Origin: an uncultured Candidatus Peribacteria bacterium | GTDB lineage: Bacteria; Patescibacteriota; Gracilibacteria; UBA1369; UBA12473 | NCBI GenBank assembly: GCA_964436935.1 | Contig: CAYTES010000003.1 | Location: 1 to 56,531 of the forward strand | Length of the DNA stretch: 56,531 nucleotides | Direction: 5' to 3' | Part shown: piece by piece, positions 1 to 7,761 of the stretch | Layout: each line of letters starts with the position of its first letter | Position numbering within the stretch: position 1 is the stretch's first letter | The notes under the pieces: model-generated | The model's database searches: none | Seen by the model: only the letters and a program-made list of their open reading frames with translations | Told to the model about the DNA's origin: nothing | Program-made: the position numbers and the translations under genes

Positions 1-20
1 CCTGTCAAATGAACCCTACG

Positions 21-92
21 TGACCTCACGGAGAATCGAACTCCGATTGCCGGGATGAAAACCCGGTGTCCTAACCATTAGACGATGGCGCC
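21..92 (-). tRNA. tRNA-Glu (anticodon UUC) candidate with imperfect acceptor stem
   Basis: Reverse complement reads GGCGCCA-TC-GTCT-AATGGTTA-GGAC-A-CCGGG-TTTTCAT-CCCGG-CAAT-CGGAG-TTCGATT-CTCCG-TGAGGTC-A. The D, anticodon and T arms are clean, the T loop is TTCGATT and the anticodon is TTC. The acceptor stem pairs only 5 of 7 positions (4/69 G-G and 5/68 C-A unpaired). No CCA is encoded. Confidence 0.7.
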
Positions 93-392
93 AAAAGGCA
101 ATAAAGAACGACCCCTAAGATAGTGCAAAGCTAGTATAGTGAGGATGAAAAGACTGTCAACCTCAGTTGAGTAAAAAGCATATAGAGATAAAAATCGACA
201 AAACAAAATACTATAAACAGAAAAATCAAAGGAAAAGTCAATCTAATTCCACTCGAACACCACAATCTGTTAAGAAAGCAAAGAAACTTCTTTTCTGGCG
301 TACGTCTAGGGCTAAAACCAAGAAATGGGCTTTACAGAAGCCAAACCTGTAAATTATCCTATACATTAGGTTTATTCTTAATCCACCATCTC

Positions 393-599
393 ATGGCAGC
401 ATTCAGTTACAAAAACAGCAAAGGCCAAACCTACTTCCTTCACGGCAAAATGGTGACTCTCCGAGGCGGAAGACAACAACAAATTTATTTCTTCGCCCGT
501 GAAGAAAAGAAAGATGCACTGAATCAAATTCCTGCAAGCTATGAAGTAGTAGAAAACAAACGAACTGGCTTACCCATGCTTCGAAAAGGGAAAAAATAA
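393..599 (+). CDS. small conserved hypothetical protein (68 aa)
   Basis: ORF followed by a strong intrinsic terminator. Non-low-complexity sequence (GQTYFLHGKMVTLRGGRQQQIYFF...VVENKRTGLPMLRK). No family assigned. Confidence 0.5.
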   Translation: MAAFSYKNSKGQTYFLHGKMVTLRGGRQQQIYFFAREEKKDALNQIPASYEVVENKRTGLPMLRKGKK

Positions 600-627
600 T
601 CAAAAAAAGCTCCAAGAAAACTTTTAT

Positions 628-656
628 AGCCACGAAAATATTTTCGTGGCTTTTTT
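628..656 (+). terminator. rho-independent terminator
   Basis: AGCCACGAAAA / TTTTCGTGGCT inverted repeat followed by a T run. Confidence 0.7.
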
Positions 657-710
657 AAAGATTGGCACAGAATTATGATTTTAAAATAAAATTCTGATAC
701 AATCGCAGGC

Positions 711-1241
711 ATGTTGACGAACCTCCTCCTCATTCTCATTCTTATTTTCTGCGTCCTCCTTCTGTTGACGTTCATCATCAATCTTTTCTCGGGAGCGGTG
801 TCGGTACCGAGTAATAAAGCAACCATTGAGCAAATGCTCAAAGAAGCAAAACTCGAAAAAGGAGATGTTGTTTATGATCTGGGATGCGGGGACGGGAGAC
901 TACTCATCCAGGCCGAAAAAAAATACGGCGCCATCGGGATAGGCTATGAAAATGCGCCGCTTATTTTTCTAATAGCAATCGCAAATAAATGGATTAACGG
1001 CTCGTCGGTTCAAATTCGTTTTCGGAATTTCTTCAAAGATTCGCTCTCCAATGCAAAAACAATCTTTCTGTATCTTAGTCCCGAAGTGCAAAAAAAATTA
1101 AGCCCCAAGATACAAAAAGAATGCAAAAAAAACACACTCATCGTCTCAAATACATTTCATGTGCCGGAATTAAAACTGCTAAAAAAAATAGAGAAAAATA
1201 AAACAAAAAAAATAAAAACGATTTATCTTTATAAACTTTAA
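711..1241 (+). CDS. membrane-anchored class I SAM-dependent methyltransferase (paralog 1)
   Basis: N-terminal TM helix, then SAM motif I VYDLGCGDGRLL. Collinear with the next ORF. Confidence 0.75.
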   Translation: MLTNLLLILILIFCVLLLLTFIINLFSGAVSVPSNKATIEQMLKEAKLEKGDVVYDLGCGDGRLLIQAEKKYGAIGIGYENAPLIFLIAIANKWINGSSVQIRFRNFFKDSLSNAKTIFLYLSPEVQKKLSPKIQKECKKNTLIVSNTFHVPELKLLKKIEKNKTKKIKTIYLYKL

Positions 1242-1253
1242 GCACTCCCCCCA

Positions 1254-1844
1254 ATGGAAGGCATCATTGATTTCATGAAATTATTCCCGCCCCTCAGCAC
1301 GTTTCAAACCGTACTGATCATCATTATTATTATCCCGACGCTGATTGCCCTAATCACGGGAGCTCCATGGGTACCCACCCCCAAAGATCGTGTACGAAAA
1401 ATGCTTGAACTGGCGAAGATCAAAAAAGGAGAAAAAGTGTTTGACTTGGGATGCGGAGACGGACGACTGGTCCATCTGGCCTCGATTGAACATGGAGCCA
1501 ATGCGACGGGATTTGAATTATCACCCCTCATTTTTGTGCTGGCCACCTTCCTAAGACCTTCCTATTGGCTGAAAGGATCAAGGGCCCGGATTTGCTTTAA
1601 AAATTTTTATCGTGTGGATCTCAAAGAAGCCGATGTCATTGTGACCTACCTGCTTCCCCATGCAATGAGAAGGGTCCAAAAAAAATGCGAAAAAGAACTA
1701 AAAAAAGGAGCCCGCGTTGTCTCCTATGCCTTCCCCATAACAGATTGGACACCGATTCATCGACAAAAAAGAAATCGCAAAAAACAATATGGCCCCATCT
1801 GGGTTTATGAAATGGGAAAACATCAATCGAAAAAAACGATTTAA
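1254..1844 (+). CDS. membrane-anchored class I SAM-dependent methyltransferase (paralog 2, FAM173/ATPSCKMT-like)
   Basis: TM helix, GAPWVPTP, VFDLGCGDGRLV, GFELSPLIF and GARVVSYAFPI. From memory this pattern resembles the FAM173 lysine methyltransferase family. Confidence 0.75.
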   Translation: MEGIIDFMKLFPPLSTFQTVLIIIIIIPTLIALITGAPWVPTPKDRVRKMLELAKIKKGEKVFDLGCGDGRLVHLASIEHGANATGFELSPLIFVLATFLRPSYWLKGSRARICFKNFYRVDLKEADVIVTYLLPHAMRRVQKKCEKELKKGARVVSYAFPITDWTPIHRQKRNRKKQYGPIWVYEMGKHQSKKTI

Positions 1845-3256
1845 AAATCCAAAGAAGAAAACGGCAACTCCGCGCAATAGCGGGCGACTTGAATGATCCA
1901 TTCCAGAAAAAACCATGAAATATAGGCCAAAATCACCCCCAAACCTTGCCAGAAATAAGAGAAAATCAAAGCCAAAAAACTGGTCAACATGGCCAGGGGT
2001 ATAAAAGGAGAAATAAGGGCATTTGCCAGAGGCGCAATAATGGAAAAACGATGAAAATAAATCACCAATAAAGGGAACGACAACAACTGCGCGGACAAAG
2101 TGGTCACAAAAGATTCTCGGAAAGCAAAAAAGGAAGGCAACCGCTGATAAATTGAAAGTGCTTGAAGTAATCGCTCCATGAAAGGATTAACATAAATCAA
2201 ACCACAGGTGGCGATAAAGGAAAGTTGAAATCCCACATCATCAACAAGAATAAAAGGATTCCATACTGTCATGATCAAAGCCGCAAAAACAAGCATGCGA
2301 TCAATGGTCGCGGACCGCCCCAACCCCAAAGCCCACAAGGCAATAACTCCCATCACCGAAGCGCGAATCACCGCGGATGTGGCACCAACCAAAATGACAA
2401 AAATAAAAATCGTCGCACTGGAAATCACAATTTGAACGCGTCGACTCAGTCCACGCAAAAGACTCAACATACACGCAATGATCAATGTAATGTTGTAACC
2501 TGAAATGGCAATGATATGCGTCAAGCCACTTTGATTGAAGGCATCCATCAAATCCGGCGGGATCCCGCGTCGGGAACCCAACAAAAGACCGGCGGCAAAA
2601 CTGGCATGAGGCTCTGAAAAAAGTTGATTCAATCGACTCTCAAGGTTTGATTTCAATAAAAACAAAAGCCATTTGGTATCATGAAGCGTGGCGTGCTGAA
2701 GCACCTCGACTTTTGGAGAATAAAGCACGGAATGAATCCCGTAGCGTTGAAGATAACGATCATAGGAAAAATCTTCAAAGGAGGGGGGCGAGCGAAGCGA
2801 GCCCGTAAGACGCAGGCGATCACCGTATGAATATTCCGGGTAACGCGAAAGCGTGCTCAGCAATAAACCATCCACCGTATGCATGGCAGAGAAATCGCTC
2901 GAATCACTCAAGCGATCAATCCGAAGCGTTAAACGAATTTGATTGGAACGACTATCCGGAAAATCGACAATAACCCCCTCTAGAATCATTATCGGTAAAA
3001 CATCATTATAATAAGCAAGATCGGAGGAGGTAAAAAGGGGAAGCGCGAAAAAAATTCTCAAAAATCCAAATGCAAAAGAAAAAACCATAAAAAACACCCA
3101 GCGCTTATCCCAGGAAAAACGAGAATAAAAATAAAACCACAACAATCCCAGGAAAAAGCTGCTCAACGAAAAACCACGCGCCCCAACCCAAACTCCAAGC
3201 AAAAAAACAAGCGAACTCACTATAAAATAACGATGCGGATAAGCTTCCAATTTCAT
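1841..3256 (-). CDS. comEC: ComEC/Rec2 family DNA internalization channel (no beta-lactamase domain)
   Basis: Polytopic membrane protein with a competence-domain motif GLTHIIAISGYNITLI. At 471 aa it is the short form. Confidence 0.8.
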   Translation of the reverse strand: MKLEAYPHRYFIVSSLVFLLGVWVGARGFSLSSFFLGLLWFYFYSRFSWDKRWVFFMVFSFAFGFLRIFFALPLFTSSDLAYYNDVLPIMILEGVIVDFPDSRSNQIRLTLRIDRLSDSSDFSAMHTVDGLLLSTLSRYPEYSYGDRLRLTGSLRSPPSFEDFSYDRYLQRYGIHSVLYSPKVEVLQHATLHDTKWLLFLLKSNLESRLNQLFSEPHASFAAGLLLGSRRGIPPDLMDAFNQSGLTHIIAISGYNITLIIACMLSLLRGLSRRVQIVISSATIFIFVILVGATSAVIRASVMGVIALWALGLGRSATIDRMLVFAALIMTVWNPFILVDDVGFQLSFIATCGLIYVNPFMERLLQALSIYQRLPSFFAFRESFVTTLSAQLLSFPLLVIYFHRFSIIAPLANALISPFIPLAMLTSFLALIFSYFWQGLGVILAYISWFFLEWIIQVARYCAELPFSSLDF

Positions 3257-3365
3257 AAATCCATCCTAACGAAAATGGCATGAAATAATTCTAAACAAAA
3301 GATGAAATGGACTGGCTTATGGACCATTTCTGGAGTATCGTTCCCGTCGTCATCTTTCACAATCT

Positions 3366-4880
3366 ATGGACGACTTCAAAAGTAAAAAAATCCGCAAAGG
3401 CCTGCCGCCTTCGAAGGTTCCCCCAAAACCAATACCGGTAGCCAAAGAAAAAAATACACCTCACCATCCAAACGTTTTTTTAAAGTTGATCCAAAAGCAT
3501 TTCATTTGGACAGTCATTGCTATTGTTATGCTAACTTTATTGGGGAAAGCGGGATGGAAAGTAATAACCTTGGCAGAAGAATTTTCTTTTAAAGAAGTTG
3601 TGTTATCCGCATTCAGTGAAAAAATAAAAACCGACGAAGAAAATCACACCAATATTTTATTGTTGGGAACGGGAAATGCGACTCATTCCGGAGCCAATTT
3701 AACGGATACCATGATCGTTGCAAGCATTGATCACGACCTAAAATGGGTTTCCATGCTTTCGATACCACGAGATTTTTATGTCACAATCCCTGAACTATAT
3801 GGGGGGAATCGAGTGAATAGCATTTTTGAACTCTATGCGGAACAAGCCATGTTTCAAGAAAATTTAACAGAAGAAGCGGCTTATCAAAAAGCCTACGAGG
3901 TCCTGGCAAAAAATATTTCCGAAATCACGGGAATCCCAATTCACTATTACGCACGGATCGATTTTGACGCTTTCGTTGAAGTGGTGGATTCCATTGAAGG
4001 CATAGACGTGAATATCCAAGAAGATATTGTGGACCCATTTTATCCGGCAGAAGATGGAACCCTGGGATACCAAACCTTTTCGATTAAAAAAGGACCGCAT
4101 CACCTCGATGGAAAAACCGCATTGAAATATGTGCGTAGCCGAAAAACAAGCAGTGATTTTGCCCGTGCCAATCGGCAACAGGAAGTTTTACAAGCCATAA
4201 AAGAAAAAGCACTCAGCCTCGGAGTACTGACCAATGCCTCAAAACTCAAAGATTTGTATGATGCGTTTAATTCCAACTTCGACACCAACTTAAACTGGTC
4301 TGAAATGGTCTATCTGGCAAAATTAGCCTCGAAAATGGGAAGAGAATCGGTCTCATCGTGGGTATTGAGCGACGATCCCCTTTCCGCAGGCGGATTCCTT
4401 TATACCCCGGAACGAGAACTGTACGGAGGAGCTTACGTATTGGTTCCTTATCAAAGTGATTATAAAGATATTCGCACATTTGCCGATCTCGTTTTAATGC
4501 ACCCGGAAGTCCATGGAAATGCCCTGAGTTATCAAATTTTAAACGGCACCAAGGTCAATGGCTTGGCCAATGAAGTGATGTATTACCTGCAACGTTTCGG
4601 ATTCAACATCGTTCGATTTGGCAATGCCTCAGAAAAAGGAATACAGACCACCAGCTTTATACCTCGATCGGCTCTCCTTGCCGGACAACCGGCGGAAGAA
4701 GCCATTGACCAAGAAGAATTGAACTATTTAAAAACCAACTTTCTTCCATTGGGAACCGTATTAACGCAAATCCCCTCTCCGTATCTCCCCACCGACTGGA
4801 CGACGGAAGCGGATATCATCATTGAATTGGGAGAAGATATGGCGGCTTGGGTGAAAGCCAACGCACAAAGTTTTTATTAA
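3366..4880 (+). CDS. LytR-CpsA-Psr (LCP) family cell-envelope phosphotransferase with C-terminal LytR_C-like domain
   Basis: TM anchor, LLLGTG...GANLTDTMIVASID...SIPRDFYV, and a C-terminal ILNGTKVNGLANEV...FGNA. Confidence 0.8.
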   Translation: MDDFKSKKIRKGLPPSKVPPKPIPVAKEKNTPHHPNVFLKLIQKHFIWTVIAIVMLTLLGKAGWKVITLAEEFSFKEVVLSAFSEKIKTDEENHTNILLLGTGNATHSGANLTDTMIVASIDHDLKWVSMLSIPRDFYVTIPELYGGNRVNSIFELYAEQAMFQENLTEEAAYQKAYEVLAKNISEITGIPIHYYARIDFDAFVEVVDSIEGIDVNIQEDIVDPFYPAEDGTLGYQTFSIKKGPHHLDGKTALKYVRSRKTSSDFARANRQQEVLQAIKEKALSLGVLTNASKLKDLYDAFNSNFDTNLNWSEMVYLAKLASKMGRESVSSWVLSDDPLSAGGFLYTPERELYGGAYVLVPYQSDYKDIRTFADLVLMHPEVHGNALSYQILNGTKVNGLANEVMYYLQRFGFNIVRFGNASEKGIQTTSFIPRSALLAGQPAEEAIDQEELNYLKTNFLPLGTVLTQIPSPYLPTDWTTEADIIIELGEDMAAWVKANAQSFY

Positions 4881-4899
4881 AATAATCTAAAATACTACA

Positions 4900-5601
4900 A
4901 TGCGGCTCAATAAATTTATCGCTCAATCGGGCTACTGTTCAAGGCGACATGCCGATCGGTTAATCGAGGAAGGAAAAGTCGAAATCAATGGAAAACTTCA
5001 AAAAGAATTGGGCGTATTGATTGATCCCGATCATGATGAAATTAAAGTGGACGGACAAACGCTCTCAAAACCAGAACAATTCCTTTATGTGATGATGAAT
5101 AAACCAAAAGGATATGTCACCACAAAATCAGATCCTCATGCGGAACACACCATTTTCTCATTGCTACCGGAGGCCCTTCAAAATCTTCATCCCGTAGGGC
5201 GGCTCGATAAAAACACGGAAGGACTTTTAATTCTTACGAATGACGGAAGCTTCACCTACTCCATGACCCACCCGGGCCAAAATTGTGAAAAGGTCTATTC
5301 CGCGCGGCTAAAAAAATGCCCGCTGAAACAAGAAATCCAACGATTGGAACGAGGTATTTTTATCGAAGAAGAAGTGAATGGGAAAAAAAGTTTTTATAAA
5401 ACCCAACCCTGCCGCATTGAAGTTTTTCCGGAAACTAAAAAAGTGGTTATCCATCTTAAAGAAGGCCGAAAACGACAAATCCGAAAAATGTTCCAAAAGA
5501 TCGGACACCCCGTGCTATATTTAAAACGTTTAAAAATGGGCCCCTACGAGCTCGGCGAACTAAAAACAGGTGAATGGTGCGAAATCGCACCAGCACAATA
5601 A
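4900..5601 (+). CDS. pseudouridine synthase, RsuA/RluB family
   Basis: N-terminal S4 domain (RLNKFIAQSGYCSRRHADRLIEEGKVEING) and catalytic GRLDKNTEGLLILTNDG. Confidence 0.85.
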   Translation: MRLNKFIAQSGYCSRRHADRLIEEGKVEINGKLQKELGVLIDPDHDEIKVDGQTLSKPEQFLYVMMNKPKGYVTTKSDPHAEHTIFSLLPEALQNLHPVGRLDKNTEGLLILTNDGSFTYSMTHPGQNCEKVYSARLKKCPLKQEIQRLERGIFIEEEVNGKKSFYKTQPCRIEVFPETKKVVIHLKEGRKRQIRKMFQKIGHPVLYLKRLKMGPYELGELKTGEWCEIAPAQ

Positions 5602-5626
5602 CTAATGATCTCAATACCCTCTCCTT

Positions 5627-6526
5627 ATGCTAAAAACCGTCCTCACACTGCTCCTTGCCTCCACCCTGCATTCAGGCAGCGTCGTACGCCCAACAGAGCT
5701 AACCACCAAGGCCCCTTGGGAGAATAAACCAATTTTAAGCGTTCAGCCTCTCCCGCAAAAAAATCCCGACATCCAAAATCCGGAAATAACCGCCAACTCG
5801 GCAATGGTGGTGGATCTGGATTCCGGAAAAATTCTGTATGAGAAAAACAGCACAAACCGAGTACCTATAGCCAGTTTAACCAAACTCATGACAGGAATAA
5901 TCATTGCGGAAGAAGAAACACCGCACACCATCGTGAAAGTCAGTGAAAGGGCTAGTGGGATTGAAGGATCAAAAGTATGGTTGAACAGCGGAGAAGAAAT
6001 CAGCGTCAAAAATCTCATGTATGGAATGATGATTGCCTCCGGAAATGACGCGGCGGTTGCCCTTTCGGAATTCAATGCGGGGTCACTAGAAAATTTTGTC
6101 AAAAAAATGAATGAAAAAAGCGAAAAACTAGGCCTCAAAAATACCCATTTTTCAAACCCGATGGGATTCGACGAAAATACCAACTACTCAACTGCCGAAG
6201 ACATGGCAATCTTAAGTATGCTCGTCTTAAAAAAGCCGATCCTGGTTGAGGCTTCCGAAAAAGATCGCTACAAAATACAAAGTGAAAGCGGGATTGAACA
6301 TGAGGTCGTGACGACCAATAAACTCTTAACTGAAAATCAAATCATCGGAGGATTCAAAATCGAAGGATTGAAAACGGGAACTACCCCCGAAGCGGGAGAA
6401 TGTTTGATCACTCGAGCCTTAAATCCGGAAGGCCATGAAATTCTAACGGTTGTGCTGGGAAGCAAAGATCGTTTTTCAGATACAAAAGGGTTGATCAATT
6501 GGGTGGCGGAAAGCTATAGTTGGTAA
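5627..6526 (+). CDS. D-alanyl-D-alanine carboxypeptidase (serine-type, S11/PBP5-like)
   Basis: Signal peptide plus the SxxK (SLTK), SxN (SGND) and KTG (LKTGTT) motifs. Confidence 0.85.
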   Translation: MLKTVLTLLLASTLHSGSVVRPTELTTKAPWENKPILSVQPLPQKNPDIQNPEITANSAMVVDLDSGKILYEKNSTNRVPIASLTKLMTGIIIAEEETPHTIVKVSERASGIEGSKVWLNSGEEISVKNLMYGMMIASGNDAAVALSEFNAGSLENFVKKMNEKSEKLGLKNTHFSNPMGFDENTNYSTAEDMAILSMLVLKKPILVEASEKDRYKIQSESGIEHEVVTTNKLLTENQIIGGFKIEGLKTGTTPEAGECLITRALNPEGHEILTVVLGSKDRFSDTKGLINWVAESYSW

Positions 6527-6691
6527 TAGCCTACTTACATAATAAAATTTCGTTACGAAATGAAGAAAATTTCAGCGAAAACGATAAGGCACGAGGAAGC
6601 TTTATCAGATACCGATAAAGAGACGAGTGGCGAATCGTTTGCAGCCAAATTTTCAAATTGCAGTAGAAAGGCTTATTATGTAAGTAGGCTA
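6527..6691 (+). ncRNA. candidate structured RNA / cis-regulatory element E1 (165 nt, 19-bp perfect closing stem)
   Basis: TAGCCTACTTACATAATAA (6527-6545) is the exact reverse complement of 6673-6691. Nested helices are 6565-6572/6647-6654, 6579-6585/6634-6640 and 6600-6606/6614-6620, plus a side hairpin at 6547-6561. The 3' arm ends 2 nt before the mraY ATG. Confidence 0.45.
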
Positions 6692-6693
6692 AA

Positions 6694-7761
6694 ATGAATT
6701 TCCCTTTTCCTATTACAGAAGCCGTACGGCATGCGATTCTTATTTTTTCATGCTTCGGAATAGCATTTTTTCTAGCCATAATAATGGCCAAACCCTTCAT
6801 TCAATTACTCCTCAAATATAGAATAGGGAAACAAATCAGAGAAACAGCCACGGACGGAAAATCCGCAACGTTATACCATCAATTGCACGCAAAAAAACAA
6901 GGAACTCCAACCATGGGGGGAATTCTCATTTGGGGAACCAGCTTGATCGTCGTACTACTCACTCGAGTTGGTTCTTTCTTCGGACTATTTGATCATTCCA
7001 TTTTAAATCGAAAAGAAACCTACCTTCCCCTTTTCACGCTCATTGCCGTAGGTTTACTGGGAGCATTGGACGATTATCTTAATATTAAAGGCGTGGGAAA
7101 AACAAAAGGAATGGCCGTGAAACCAAAGTTTTTATGGTTGATCTTACTTGCCGCCTTGGGGGCATTCTGGTTCTATTTTAAATTGGGGTACAATAACATT
7201 CATGTACCCGGAATCGGAGATTTTTCAATTGGAGCATGGTACATTCCACTGTTCATTTTCATCATTCTCGCCACTTCCAATGCCGTGAACATCACGGATG
7301 GACTAGACGGCTTAGCCGGAGGACTCATCGTGATTGCCTTCGCCTCATTTGGAGCCATTGCTTACATGAAAGGACTGTTGATACTAACGGCATTTTGCGG
7401 AATCATCGCAGGTGCTTCGTTAGGGTTTCTCTGGTTCAATATTCCACCGGCAAAAGTTTTTATGGGAGACACCGGATCACTGGCGCTGGGTGCCACACTG
7501 GGGGTAATTGCCATGCTCACCAACTCCGTACTGATTCTCCCTTTCATCGGGTTCATTTTTGTCATTGAAACCCTCTCGGTAATCCTTCAATTGAGTTCAA
7601 AAAAACTATTCCATCGAAAAATATTTCTTATTGCTCCGCTGCACCATCATCTCGAACAAATTGGATGGCCGGAACAGCAAGTCACCATGCGACTATGGAT
7701 GATTGGCAGCATCGTGGCGATGCTAGGGTTGATCTTGGGATTAATAGGAATGGGACTATAA
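6694..7761 (+). CDS. mraY: phospho-N-acetylmuramoyl-pentapeptide transferase
   Basis: NAVNITDGLDGLAGG, MGDTGSLALG and HHHLE motifs in a 10-TM-like profile. Confidence 0.95.
   Translation: MNFPFPITEAVRHAILIFSCFGIAFFLAIIMAKPFIQLLLKYRIGKQIRETATDGKSATLYHQLHAKKQGTPTMGGILIWGTSLIVVLLTRVGSFFGLFDHSILNRKETYLPLFTLIAVGLLGALDDYLNIKGVGKTKGMAVKPKFLWLILLAALGAFWFYFKLGYNNIHVPGIGDFSIGAWYIPLFIFIILATSNAVNITDGLDGLAGGLIVIAFASFGAIAYMKGLLILTAFCGIIAGASLGFLWFNIPPAKVFMGDTGSLALGATLGVIAMLTNSVLILPFIGFIFVIETLSVILQLSSKKLFHRKIFLIAPLHHHLEQIGWPEQQVTMRLWMIGSIVAMLGLILGLIGMGL

Noticed and set aside
167-352. 61-aa Lys-rich ORF after the tRNA.
   Set aside because: The composition simply reflects A-rich intergenic DNA. There is no hydrophobic core and no terminator association.
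6527-6691. Retron msr/msd-like architecture for the E1/E2 elements (long a1/a2-type terminal inverted repeats around ~130 nt).
   Set aside because: No reverse transcriptase or any accessory ORF is adjacent to either element. Both sit in housekeeping operon spacers.
6531-6800. 89-aa minus-strand ORF spanning the dac-mraY spacer.
   Set aside because: It runs antisense across the palindromic element and into the mraY start. It has low-complexity composition and no support beyond being an open frame.
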